The notes under the pieces are model-generated. The model saw only the letters and a list, made by a program, of their open reading frames with translations, was not told the origin of the DNA and ran no database searches. Positions 37,754 to 47,587 of a DNA stretch of 64,000 nucleotides are shown here, piece after piece; the first letter of the stretch is position 1; each line of letters opens with the position of its first letter. The stretch spans positions 800,001 to 864,000 of the forward strand of contig CAVOXA010000001.1 in assembly GCA_963700285.1 (NCBI GenBank), in the 5' to 3' direction. This DNA comes from an uncultured Chloroflexia bacterium (lineage in GTDB: Bacteria; Chloroflexota; Anaerolineae; JAAYZQ01). Both the position numbers and the translations under genes were made by a program.

Positions 37754-39007
37754 ATGAGCATTGAGAACGACAACGTCTACATTGAGATCAAAGCCTGCCG
37801 TGCTTGCGGATACCCTGGGCTGGAATCCGTACTGTCCATGGGCAAGACCCCACTGGCTGATGCGTTGCTGACGGAGGATCAGCTCGAATCGCCTGAGCAT
37901 ATCGTCCCTTTGACCTGGGTGTTCTGCCCAAACTGCGCTCTGATCCAGATCACCGAGACCGTAAAGCCCGAAATCCTCTTTGGCAGGGACTATCCTTATT
38001 TCTCCTCTGTTTCCAAGTCGCTGGTCCAGCACTTCCGAGATAGTGCAGAGGAACTGATCGAATTGAGGGGGCTCACGACGGATAGCATGGTCATCGAGGC
38101 GGCGAGCAACGATGGCTACATGCTGCGGAACTTTGTGGAGAGAGGGATTCCGGTCCTGGGGATCGATCCGGCCGAGGGGCCGGCGCGAGCCGCGCAGGAA
38201 GCGGGTATCTCGACGCTTCACACCTTCTTTGGCAAGGACCTGGCTCTGAAGTTGCGGGACGAGGAGGGCCTGCAGGCCAACCTGTTCCTGGCCAACAACG
38301 TCTTGGCTCACGTGGCTGACCTGAATGGCTTTGTGGAAGGCATCAGCATCATGCTCAAGGACACGGGCATGGCCGTGATGGAGGCCCACTATGTCTGCGA
38401 TCTGGTCGATCACCACGAATTCGATACGGTCTATCACCAGCACCTATGCTACTATTCGGCGACCTCCGTGGACAATCTGCTTCGGCAGCATGGCTTATAC
38501 CTGAACGAAGTGAGGCGCATCCCCACCTACGGTGGGTCGCTGCGGCTATTTGTGGAAAAGCGCGAGAACGTGGGATCGTCCGTCCGGGCGCTGCTGGAGG
38601 AAGAGGCGGCCAAGGGAGCAGATGGTCTTGGCTACTATCGGGACTTTGCCAACGAGGTAGGCGAGATCAAGCGCGAGTTGATGGATATCCTCTGGGATCT
38701 GAAGCGAGCGGGAAAGAGCATCGTAGGCTATGGAGCTGCGGCCAAGGCGGCGACCCTGCTGGCCTACTGCGGCATCGACAGGGCTCTGTTGGACTATGTT
38801 GCTGACCTGAACACCTTCAAGCATGGCCGCTACATGGGCGGCAATCATTTGCCCATCGTCCCGCCTGGACGGCTGCTGGAGGACATGCCGGACTATGTCC
38901 TACTCCTGGCCTGGAACTTTGCCGAGGAGATCATGCGCCAGCAAGCAGAGTACCGCGAGCGGGGAGGCAGGTTCGTCGTGCCCGTACCTGAGGTAGAGGT
39001 CGTCTAG
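37754..39007 (+). CDS. NDP-hexose C-methyltransferase (Zn-binding N-terminus, C-methyltransferase C-terminus)
   Basis: [58 protein letters not shown]. Confidence 0.88.
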   Translation: MSIENDNVYIEIKACRACGYPGLESVLSMGKTPLADALLTEDQLESPEHIVPLTWVFCPNCALIQITETVKPEILFGRDYPYFSSVSKSLVQHFRDSAEELIELRGLTTDSMVIEAASNDGYMLRNFVERGIPVLGIDPAEGPARAAQEAGISTLHTFFGKDLALKLRDEEGLQANLFLANNVLAHVADLNGFVEGISIMLKDTGMAVMEAHYVCDLVDHHEFDTVYHQHLCYYSATSVDNLLRQHGLYLNEVRRIPTYGGSLRLFVEKRENVGSSVRALLEEEAAKGADGLGYYRDFANEVGEIKRELMDILWDLKRAGKSIVGYGAAAKAATLLAYCGIDRALLDYVADLNTFKHGRYMGGNHLPIVPPGRLLEDMPDYVLLLAWNFAEEIMRQQAEYRERGGRFVVPVPEVEVV

Positions 39008-39076
39008 CACTTTTTGCTGCCGTCACTCTCTGGCGAGCAACGACCTACCGCCAGGATACAAGGAGAACCATACGCC

Positions 39077-39931
39077 GTGGCAGACGTTGTACGCAACGCG
39101 CTGAGGCCGCTAAGGCCTGTGTTGAGGCCAACTTATGAACGCCTGCGGGAGCTGTATGACTACAGCGGCTTTAGGGTCATCCAGCGATCACCCTATGGCA
39201 ACATCTACCATTGCTGCACGCAAAAGACCGCAAGCCAGTGGTTTAGGAGGGTCTTTTGCGACCCGGTCGTTTTTCGCTACACAGGCCTGAGGCCCTTCCG
39301 GTATAGGCAGTTGGGCTTGAAAGAAGCCCAGTTTGACCAAGCCCTGCCGCCACGTACCATCGACATCCACCTCTACGTCGACTATGCGACCTACGACGCC
39401 ATCGCCAAGCCCAAGAACTGGAAGACCTTTTTCATCCTGCGTGATCCCCGCGACATCGTGGTCTCCTGGTACTTTTCGGCCAAGTTCTCGCACAAACCGG
39501 TCTATCCCATCCCCGAATTGAGGCGGAACCTGGACCAGCTCGACATGCAGGGGGGCATGAAGTACCTCATCGACGCCTGGGACGGCTTTGGCCTGTTTGA
39601 CGCCCAGAGGTCGTGGATGACGCAAGGTCAGGAAGACGAGCACGTCAAGGTCTTTCTTTACGAGAACTTTGCGGCGGACAACCGGCTCTTTCTGCGAGAC
39701 CTTCTGGATTATCTGGACATAACGATGCCAGAGGATGAGTTCGAGGCGCTTTATGAACGTCACAAGTTCTCCCAACTCGCCAAGGGCCGCGAGCAAGGCG
39801 AAGAGAACACCCAGTCCCACTTTCGTAAGGGTGTATCGGGTGACTGGAAGATCCACTTTGACGAGACGGTGACGGCCTACTTTCGGGAGGTCACCGGCGA
39901 TCTGCTGGAGGTCCTGGGCTACCAGGAGTAG
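39077..39931 (+). CDS. Sulfotransferase domain protein
   Basis: HCCTQKTASQW, LRDPRDIVVSWYFS, HFRKGVSGDWK (RKG..GDWK motif), LEVLGY. Confidence 0.88.
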   Translation: MADVVRNALRPLRPVLRPTYERLRELYDYSGFRVIQRSPYGNIYHCCTQKTASQWFRRVFCDPVVFRYTGLRPFRYRQLGLKEAQFDQALPPRTIDIHLYVDYATYDAIAKPKNWKTFFILRDPRDIVVSWYFSAKFSHKPVYPIPELRRNLDQLDMQGGMKYLIDAWDGFGLFDAQRSWMTQGQEDEHVKVFLYENFAADNRLFLRDLLDYLDITMPEDEFEALYERHKFSQLAKGREQGEENTQSHFRKGVSGDWKIHFDETVTAYFREVTGDLLEVLGYQE

Positions 39932-39987
39932 GGTTCGTGGCGGCCAGGGCCGGAGGCCCAGTGGCCTGAAGGGGGCGGATCCGGACT

Positions 39988-41169
39988 ATGCCGGAAAATC
40001 ATCCATGTCCTAGCTGCGGCAAGGCTGGGATGTCAGTCTTTTATAGCGTGGAAAATGCGCCGGTGCACAGCGTGCTGCTCCTGTCGACGAGAGAGGAGGC
40101 GGTGGGCTATCCCTCGGGGGAGATCGCGCTGGCGTTGTGCCCGGCGTGCGGGTTTATCTCCAATGTAGCTTTTGATCCAACCCTGCAGGAATACTCTGCC
40201 AAATACGAGGCGACACAGAGTTGTTCGCCAACGTTCAATGTCTTTCACCGAAATCTAGCCCTGCACCTGATAGACCGCTTTGATCTACACGATAAGGACG
40301 TCATCGAAATCGGCTGCGGACAGGGAGAGTTTCTCACCTTGCTGTGCGAGCTGGGCGGCAATCGTGGGGTCGGCTTCGACCCGGCCTATGATGGCCGGCG
40401 CCCTCACAGCGAGGCAGAGGACCGTCTTACCTTCGTAGCGGACTTTTACTCGGAGCAGCACGCGCACCATCATGCAGACGTGTTGGTCTGCAAGATGACG
40501 CTGGAGCACATCCTGGACACGTCGCGCTTTGTCAGTACGGTACGTCGTTCAGTGGGTGATCGTTTCGAGACCGTGGTCTTTTTCCAGGTGCCGGACGTGA
40601 TGCGCATCCTGCGTGAGCAGGCGTTCTGGGATATCTACTACGAGCACTGCTCCTACTTTAGCGCTGGCTCACTGGCTCGCCTGTTTCGGCGCTGTGGTTT
40701 TGACGTGGTCGATCTCTGGAAGGAATATGACGACCAATACCTGATGATCGAAGCGGTGCCTGGTCGTGGTCCGCTGGGACAGCCCCTTTCCCAGGAAGAG
40801 GATGTGACTGAGGTGGCCCGCGATGTTTCTTTCTTTGCGGAGCACTGCCAGCGCAAGTTTGATTTCTGGAAGCGAGAGTTGCAACAGATCCGGCAGGACG
40901 GGCGGCGGGTGGTTTTTTGGGGCGGCGGCTCGAAAGCTGTCGCTTTCCTGACAACCCTGGCGATGGCCGACGAGGTCGAGTATGTCGTAGACATCAACCC
41001 GCTGAAACATGGTACCTATCTGGCTGGGACGGGCCAGGAAATCGTATCGCCGGACTTTTTGCGGGAATACCGGCCGGATGTCGTTGTGGTCATGAACCCC
41101 GTCTATACTGACGAGATCCGGGCAGATTTGGAGGGAATGGGGTTGGCGCCAACACTGGTGCCAGCCTGA
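39988..41169 (+). CDS. NDP-hexose C-methyltransferase-like SAM methyltransferase
   Basis: CPSCG..CPACG, EIGCGQG, WDIYYEHCSYF, WGGGSK, VDINPLKHG. Confidence 0.85.
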   Translation: MPENHPCPSCGKAGMSVFYSVENAPVHSVLLLSTREEAVGYPSGEIALALCPACGFISNVAFDPTLQEYSAKYEATQSCSPTFNVFHRNLALHLIDRFDLHDKDVIEIGCGQGEFLTLLCELGGNRGVGFDPAYDGRRPHSEAEDRLTFVADFYSEQHAHHHADVLVCKMTLEHILDTSRFVSTVRRSVGDRFETVVFFQVPDVMRILREQAFWDIYYEHCSYFSAGSLARLFRRCGFDVVDLWKEYDDQYLMIEAVPGRGPLGQPLSQEEDVTEVARDVSFFAEHCQRKFDFWKRELQQIRQDGRRVVFWGGGSKAVAFLTTLAMADEVEYVVDINPLKHGTYLAGTGQEIVSPDFLREYRPDVVVVMNPVYTDEIRADLEGMGLAPTLVPA

Positions 41170-41256
41170 AAGCAGTGGAGCCAGTGGGCAAGGCCACGAG
41201 TATGCACGCACTCGGCGAGGTGAATCTCTTTCCTCGGTCGTTGGAGTACAACCGGT

Positions 41257-43815
41257 TTGACTAGGTCCCAGGTCTGCTTCCTGGCTGTAGTTCTTTCGGG
41301 CGCCCTGATCTTCGGGTGCACGCCAGCGGCGGCAGCCAATGGCAGGGCGTACTATGTCGCCGTAGGTGGCAGTGATGCCAACCCGGGCTCGCTGAAGGAA
41401 CCCTGGAGGACGATTGCCAAGGCCAACCAGGAATTGAAGGCCGGCGACACGGTCTACATCCGGGCCGGGACGTACGACGAGTATATACAGCCGGCCAACT
41501 CGGGCACGCCAGGGAACAAGATTACCTTTACCCGTTACCAGGACGAAGAAGTAATTCTCCGGGGCCAGCCAGGCACGGCACGGCTGGTAGCCCTGCACAA
41601 CCAAAGCTACATCGTCGTGGATGGTTTGACCCTGAGCTATGGCCATCCACCCCCTGAAGGCGACAAGCGGTGGCCGTGGGTGTACATCGGTGAGGATGCT
41701 CACCACAACGTGATCCGGAATTGCACCATCTTTCGGGCGGGCGACCCCCTGTCGCTGTTCCAACGAGGGTACCTGGAGTTCGGCATTGTGCTAAACGGTA
41801 CGAGCCACAATGTCTTGGAAGGCAACACCATCGCTGGTGTGAATCAGGGCATCCACCTCAAGAATGCCCCAACTTTCAACTCGATCCTGAATAACACCAT
41901 AACTGGTACCGGGCAAAGCTCCATTGTTGTCGGCTCGAGCAAGGGTGCCATGCAAGGCAATCTAATCGAGGGCAATATCCTGGAGCGAAGCGCCGTCGAG
42001 GATGGGATCCAGTTCATGGAAGATACGGACCTTCCACATGGGCCCGGGCGCAAGGTAGACATCTCCAACCTGGGCACCATCATCCGCGGGAACATCATCC
42101 GCTATCATAACGAGAATGCGATTGACCTCAAAGGCACAGCGCACGTTGTCATTGAGGGCAACCTCATCTACGGCATTGTGGGCAGTAGCAACGGGCCTCG
42201 CCTGGGCTGGAACCGCAATGCGCATGGCAGCATCACCCGGGGCAGCAATACCAGTACCCGTGACGTGATCATCCGAAGAAATGTCATCTATGACAGCGCG
42301 CCGGGGATCCGCGCCCACCAGGGCTACAAGATCTATCACAATACCTTGGTGGCCAACAATCGTGACTACACCGGATCGAATAGCGACTGGACGGCTGAGG
42401 GTCGGCCCGCTTTCTCAGGCATCCGCCAAAAAGAGCCCGAGGATGGGGATATCGCCATTCAGAACAACATCATCGTTGGACACAACACGGTGGAGGTGGC
42501 GCTGTGGCCCCGGCACGACCGGTCTGAGCCCACCACCATTGATGGCAACCTCTATCACAACAGCAACGGTGTGTTCTTTGGTTTCGTCAAGCCCTCCGGT
42601 GACTGGGAACCGCTCACGTTCAGCATGTGGCGGCGCCTTCTCCGTGGCTATGAATCGGTCGCCGGCAACGAGTGGTACAGCCTGGTTGCGGATCCCAGAT
42701 TTGTAAACGCACCTGGAAGACCGGTCGGCGGGCATGAGCAGTTTGATTTCCGCCTCCAGGACGGCTCCCCTGCCATAGACAGGGGGAGGCCGCTGACCTG
42801 GACGGATGGCAAGGGTTCCGGCAACAAGATCAAGCTCGACGACGCCGGCTACTTTATGGATGGCTACGGTGTGGTTGAGGGCGATCTGATCCAGGTTGGG
42901 CACAGCCGCCCGGTGAGGGTTAAGGCTATTGACTACCAGCGAGATCTTGTTGCGATAGACCGCAGCCTGTCGTGGCAAGATGGCGAGCCGGTAAGCCTGG
43001 CCTACAATGGCTCAGCGCCTGACATCGGAGCCTTTGAGTGTGAGGGTGAGTGTGCCCCTGCCGTCTCGCCACCGTGGCCCAGCCAGCGGGTGTCCGAGGG
43101 GTTACAGGCCCTCTACTCCTTTGATGATGGCGAGGGTCCCCTGGTTCGCGATGTCTCTGGAGTGGGCAGCCCTCTTCATCTGAAAATTGAGGATCCCGCA
43201 GCGGTACAATGGACCGACAGCTCGATAGTAGTGCGGGGGCCCACGCTGATCTCATCTATCGACGCGGCAACCAAGATCACCGAGGCCTGCCACGCCTCCA
43301 ATGAACTCACGGTTGAGGCCTGGATCAAACCCGAGGACAGCGAATCAAGCGGTCCAGCCGGCATTGTGGCCCTGGCCCCGGATGGAGAACACCGCAACTT
43401 TGCCGTGACGCTGGGAATGTCAGGCCGTGAGTCAAGGGACTTGTATGGCATCGGGTTGCGCACCACAGAGGAGACGGAGGGCGGAGGACCCGATCTATCT
43501 TCGCTCCCTGGTGTGGTTCGGGAGGCGCCGACCCACGTGGTTTTGACCCGGGATGCGTCGGGCTTCGCCAGGCTGTACATCAACAACGAACTCCACGCCC
43601 AGGAGACTGTCGGTGGGAACTTTTCCAACTGGGATCGCGGCTACCCCCTGGTGTTAGGCAATGGGCCATCGGGTGATCGTCCCTGGCTGGGTAGCCTCTA
43701 CCTGGTGGCTGTCTATTGCCGGGCCCTTGACGGTCACGAGGTGTGGCAGAATTATGCTTTTGGCCTGAAGGATATCTTTACCTCTGGCCAGTTCTTGCCT
43801 GCCGTGCTCAAGTAG
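41257..43815 (+). CDS. Secreted right-handed beta-helix (pectate-lyase-like) protein with C-terminal LamG-like domain and FLPxx tail
   Basis: Signal peptide; YYVAVGGSDANPGS..PWRTI..GDTVYIRAGTY; Asn-ladder repeats; DFRLQDGSPAIDRG..APDIGAFE; LamG-like ELTVEAWIKP..LVLGN..WLG; ends QFLPAVLK. Confidence 0.8.
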   Translation: MTRSQVCFLAVVLSGALIFGCTPAAAANGRAYYVAVGGSDANPGSLKEPWRTIAKANQELKAGDTVYIRAGTYDEYIQPANSGTPGNKITFTRYQDEEVILRGQPGTARLVALHNQSYIVVDGLTLSYGHPPPEGDKRWPWVYIGEDAHHNVIRNCTIFRAGDPLSLFQRGYLEFGIVLNGTSHNVLEGNTIAGVNQGIHLKNAPTFNSILNNTITGTGQSSIVVGSSKGAMQGNLIEGNILERSAVEDGIQFMEDTDLPHGPGRKVDISNLGTIIRGNIIRYHNENAIDLKGTAHVVIEGNLIYGIVGSSNGPRLGWNRNAHGSITRGSNTSTRDVIIRRNVIYDSAPGIRAHQGYKIYHNTLVANNRDYTGSNSDWTAEGRPAFSGIRQKEPEDGDIAIQNNIIVGHNTVEVALWPRHDRSEPTTIDGNLYHNSNGVFFGFVKPSGDWEPLTFSMWRRLLRGYESVAGNEWYSLVADPRFVNAPGRPVGGHEQFDFRLQDGSPAIDRGRPLTWTDGKGSGNKIKLDDAGYFMDGYGVVEGDLIQVGHSRPVRVKAIDYQRDLVAIDRSLSWQDGEPVSLAYNGSAPDIGAFECEGECAPAVSPPWPSQRVSEGLQALYSFDDGEGPLVRDVSGVGSPLHLKIEDPAAVQWTDSSIVVRGPTLISSIDAATKITEACHASNELTVEAWIKPEDSESSGPAGIVALAPDGEHRNFAVTLGMSGRESRDLYGIGLRTTEETEGGGPDLSSLPGVVREAPTHVVLTRDASGFARLYINNELHAQETVGGNFSNWDRGYPLVLGNGPSGDRPWLGSLYLVAVYCRALDGHEVWQNYAFGLKDIFTSGQFLPAVLK

Positions 43816-43856
43816 CTGTCGACAGCCCAACTATCGTTGTGACGAGGAGATTGGAG

Positions 43857-44705
43857 ATGGATTCGCCCCAAAGCCGAAGCCCATCACAGAGGCCCAGAAA
43901 GGGCTGGTGGAGAAGACTTCGACACACTGCTCGGACTTGGTCGAACAGATTCCCGCGCTTGGGACGGATGTCCACGCGGATATGGCGAACTGCCAAGTAC
44001 CCATTCCTGAGATACAAGGGAAAGCTGTCTGCCTATTGGGGTAGGCGGACGGGTACCTATGTCCATGGAATCGACGTCGATAGGGTTTTCTACGTGCCAT
44101 CCCAGAGTATCGAATACTGCTCCTTGCGGGGGTTCAATATACGCCACTTCAAAGGGCGTGTGGTGCCAGGTGACTGGGACAAACTGGAGAAAAGGTTTGA
44201 GGATCTGGATGTGTACGTTGCCTTCAGACAGGTGTTCCTGGAAGGGCTAGACTGGCCAGATACGGTGTACTATCAACGCAATATCGAGTTCATCAAGGCA
44301 GGCTACATCCGGTGGGGCTGTAAGAACAAAAGCGAGTTTGACCAAAGGTGCAAAGAACTTGAATTGCTGTTTCGTGCGATCCAGCAGGACGGCTACAAGT
44401 CCCAGCGCGAACTCGTCTCCTCTCACAAAGATCTCAGTCCCCCGGTGGTTGACAATGAAGTGATTGTCAGCATTGGCCGTCATGGCGACCTTCTCTTTAG
44501 TGATGGCGCCCATAGACTGGCCATTGCCAAGCTTCTGGGCATTGAGAGCATCCCCGTCGTGGTCGCAGTGCGACACCCGGAATGGGTAGAGCACAGACAG
44601 GACTTGATCCGACGTGTGGGAGGTACGGACGCAGCGGTTCACCAACCGCTCACTCATCCCGATCTCGGGGACATGGCGGAGTTTCGTGCGGGTGAAAGAC
44701 AGTGA
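43857..44705 (+). CDS. ParB/sulfiredoxin-like domain protein
   Basis: LFRAIQQDGY..VIVSIGRHGDLLFSDGAHRLAIAKLLG..IPVVV (DGxHR motif); no HTH seen. Confidence 0.6.
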   Translation: MDSPQSRSPSQRPRKGWWRRLRHTARTWSNRFPRLGRMSTRIWRTAKYPFLRYKGKLSAYWGRRTGTYVHGIDVDRVFYVPSQSIEYCSLRGFNIRHFKGRVVPGDWDKLEKRFEDLDVYVAFRQVFLEGLDWPDTVYYQRNIEFIKAGYIRWGCKNKSEFDQRCKELELLFRAIQQDGYKSQRELVSSHKDLSPPVVDNEVIVSIGRHGDLLFSDGAHRLAIAKLLGIESIPVVVAVRHPEWVEHRQDLIRRVGGTDAAVHQPLTHPDLGDMAEFRAGERQ

Positions 44706-44725
44706 CGTTGTGTAGGTGACGTGTA

Positions 44726-45922
44726 ATGACAAGTACCAACAAAGCTCCAGTTGATCGATGTCCGCTGTGTGGGTTCGCGGACATTGAACGCTTTATTTCG
44801 ATCCTCCAGGTGCCGGTCTACTGCAACATTCTCTGGGCCACGCGCCAGGCAGCCCTGGATGCGACCAGGGGAGATATCGAACTGGGGTTTTGCAGAAACT
44901 GTGGATATGTGTACAATATGGCTTTTGAGCCAGATTTGATGGCCTATACCCAAGCCTACGAGAACTCGTTGCATTTCTCGCCGCGTTTTCAGGCCTATGC
45001 CGAAGGTCTCGCCAGGCGCTTGATCGAGCGCCACAGCCTGCACGACAAGGACATCATCGAACTGGGCTCCGGTCGGGGGGATTTTCTGAGGTTGCTGTGT
45101 GAGCTGGGAGGGAATCGCGGCCTCGGTTTTGATCCCAGCTATGTGCCCGAGCCGCATCATGACGAGGCCACGACCCGGGTTAGGTTCATCCAGGACTACT
45201 ATTCCAAAGACTATTCGAGTTACCAGGCGGATCTGATCATCTGCCGGCATGTATTGGAGCATATCCCGGATCCGGTCGGCTTTTTGGGAATCGTGCGCAG
45301 GGCCATTGGCCAGCGGTTGGACACGGTCGTCGTTTTCGAAGTCCCCAATATGGAGATTACGCTGCAGGAGCTTGCCATCTGGGATATCATATACGAACAT
45401 TGCTCCTATTTTGTTAGCCACTCGTTAGGCCATGCCTTTGCGCAGAGCGGGTTTCGGCTCACCAAGGTAGCTGAGGCGTTTGCCGGACAGTTCCTGGTGA
45501 TCGAGGCGCTGCCTGCGCCTGGGCCAGGGACCTTTGCCGGCGAACAAGGGGACGGACTGGCCCAGTTGGGCGAGAGCGTAGTCGCCTTTGGCCAGAGGTA
45601 CCGAAACAAGGTGCAGAGTTGGGCCAATACCCTGGCAGAGTTGGCGGCTGCGGGCAAGAAGGCGGTCATCTGGGGTGCTGGCTCAAAGGGTGTCACCTTT
45701 CTGAATGTACTGGACACCGGAGACACCATCGAGGGGGTAGTGGACATCAATCCCCGCAAGCACGGCATGTACGTTGCTGGAACGGGGCAGCAGATCGTAT
45801 CGCCGGATGCGTTGCGCCATGATCCACCTGACGCTGTGATCATCATGAACGCAGTCTATGAACAAGAGATCGGCCGGACCATTGAGGAGCTGGGTCTGCG
45901 AACGCAGTTGATGTGCGCGTGA
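44726..45922 (+). CDS. NDP-hexose C-methyltransferase-like SAM methyltransferase (paralog of 39988)
   Basis: CPLCG..CRNCG, ELGSGRG, WDIIYEHCSYF, WGAGSKG, VDINPRKHG. Confidence 0.85.
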   Translation: MTSTNKAPVDRCPLCGFADIERFISILQVPVYCNILWATRQAALDATRGDIELGFCRNCGYVYNMAFEPDLMAYTQAYENSLHFSPRFQAYAEGLARRLIERHSLHDKDIIELGSGRGDFLRLLCELGGNRGLGFDPSYVPEPHHDEATTRVRFIQDYYSKDYSSYQADLIICRHVLEHIPDPVGFLGIVRRAIGQRLDTVVVFEVPNMEITLQELAIWDIIYEHCSYFVSHSLGHAFAQSGFRLTKVAEAFAGQFLVIEALPAPGPGTFAGEQGDGLAQLGESVVAFGQRYRNKVQSWANTLAELAAAGKKAVIWGAGSKGVTFLNVLDTGDTIEGVVDINPRKHGMYVAGTGQQIVSPDALRHDPPDAVIIMNAVYEQEIGRTIEELGLRTQLMCA

Positions 45923-46010
45923 GCTAGTACAATCGTTGTCCAGGGAGTGCCGATAAGAAAGATCGGCAGGCGCGCAGCAACCTACTGGATAGGGAGATTG
46001 ATGAGATACC

Positions 46011-47522
46011 ATGACAAAGACACTGATGTTTGGCATTGATGGCGGGACATGGACGGTCATCCAGCCCATGATAGACAGGGGTGAGCTTCCAAACCTGGCC
46101 AAGTTGTGCGCCAACGGAGCTACGGGCAAGTTGCGCTCGATGCATCCGGCCGCGTCCCCCATGTTGTGGACGACCATTGCCACGGGCAAGCGTCCAGAAA
46201 AGCACGGGGTCCAGCTTTTTGGGGACACCTCCAAGACCGTGCGCTGCAAGCGAATTTGGAATATCTATGAGGAGATGGGCAATCCCGTGGGATTGTGTGG
46301 TTATCTCATGACCTGGCCCCCGGACATCACCAACGGCTTCATGATACCCGACTTGTTTGCCCTGGGACCTGATACGCAACCCCCTGAACTCAAGTTTCTG
46401 CAAGAGTTCACCCTGTCCCAGCGGCGTACCCGTGGCGCGGCTACCCATAGCCCGGGATACTACCTCCAGCTCGCCAGGCAGATGAGCCAGCATGGGGTTT
46501 CTTCCTCAACCCTGACGTCGGCTCTGGGCTTTATGGCTCGCAAGACCCTGACCAGGATGCCCCCCAGGGAGCGCTTCTGGCGCAAGGGTCTGGTACAGCC
46601 CCGGATCTATGCCGACGTATTCACCCACCTTTATCAAGAGTACAGGCCGGTATATGCGGGGTTCCATTTTCACCTTACCGATACGTTGTCTCACAAGTAC
46701 TGGCAGTACCTCTTCCCTGAAGAGTTCGAGGATGTTCCCGAGGATGCGGTGGCCCGGTACGGGTCGGTTATCCCCAGTGCCTACCAGTTGGCGGACGAGA
46801 TCTTGGGCCGCGTCCTGGACTTAATCGACGAGGATACGACCGTCATTGTCCTCTCGGACCATGGCTTCGGACCCATGGATCCCGATCCTATCCCGATTCT
46901 GAACATCAAACTAGTCATGAAAGAAGTAGAAATCCCTGACTATATCGTGCCCATGCGTATCGGGCGCAGGTGGTATCTCACCGCCAAGGATCGCCAGGAC
47001 AAGGGTGTGCCGAAGCTTGTGATCGAACGACTGTCAGCCGCGTACATCAAAGAGACTGGGGCTCCCCTGTTTGGCGTCACCGAGTTTCCGGGCTACATCA
47101 GGCTCCGACTGCCGCGCTATCAGGTGGACCTCAGCGGGACAGGTGTCTTTCCCGACATTGGGTCTTACCTACTGAGCGATCTCCTGAAATACGATACCGA
47201 GAAGGTCAACTCCGGCGCTCATCACGACGATGGAATCGTGATCGTGCATGGGAAGAGCGTCAAGGCGGGCGCAGTCATCGAGGGGATGGGGCTGCTCGAC
47301 GTGGTGCCCACACTGCTGGCACTCGATGGGCTGCCTGTCGCCAGGGACATGGATGGCCAGGTCAAGACCGAGGCCATAGATGATCACTTCCTCCGGACCC
47401 ATCCTGTGAAATACATCGACTCTTATGAGGATGACGAGAAGCCGATGGATGAAGAAGAAGAGATGACGGCGGAGGAACGGGAAAAGGTGATGGGGCGCCT
47501 GGAAGCGCTTGGCTATCTATAA
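46011..47522 (+). CDS. Alkaline phosphatase superfamily (nucleotide pyrophosphatase/phosphodiesterase-like) protein
   Basis: FGIDGGTW, SPMLWTTIATGK.PEKHG, TDTLSH, VLSDHGF, SGAH, DVVPT, ends RLEALGYL. Confidence 0.85.
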   Translation: MTKTLMFGIDGGTWTVIQPMIDRGELPNLAKLCANGATGKLRSMHPAASPMLWTTIATGKRPEKHGVQLFGDTSKTVRCKRIWNIYEEMGNPVGLCGYLMTWPPDITNGFMIPDLFALGPDTQPPELKFLQEFTLSQRRTRGAATHSPGYYLQLARQMSQHGVSSSTLTSALGFMARKTLTRMPPRERFWRKGLVQPRIYADVFTHLYQEYRPVYAGFHFHLTDTLSHKYWQYLFPEEFEDVPEDAVARYGSVIPSAYQLADEILGRVLDLIDEDTTVIVLSDHGFGPMDPDPIPILNIKLVMKEVEIPDYIVPMRIGRRWYLTAKDRQDKGVPKLVIERLSAAYIKETGAPLFGVTEFPGYIRLRLPRYQVDLSGTGVFPDIGSYLLSDLLKYDTEKVNSGAHHDDGIVIVHGKSVKAGAVIEGMGLLDVVPTLLALDGLPVARDMDGQVKTEAIDDHFLRTHPVKYIDSYEDDEKPMDEEEEMTAEEREKVMGRLEALGYL

Positions 47523-47587
47523 GACGGGATGACCAGTCCCTGCCGTAACGGATTACACGCCAGCGGGCCATTAGATTGGGGGAAAGC

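Noticed and set aside
46011-47522. Sulfatase acting on the sulfated polymer
   Set aside because: Lacks the (C/S)xPxR formylglycine motif; matches the phosphodiesterase-like branch
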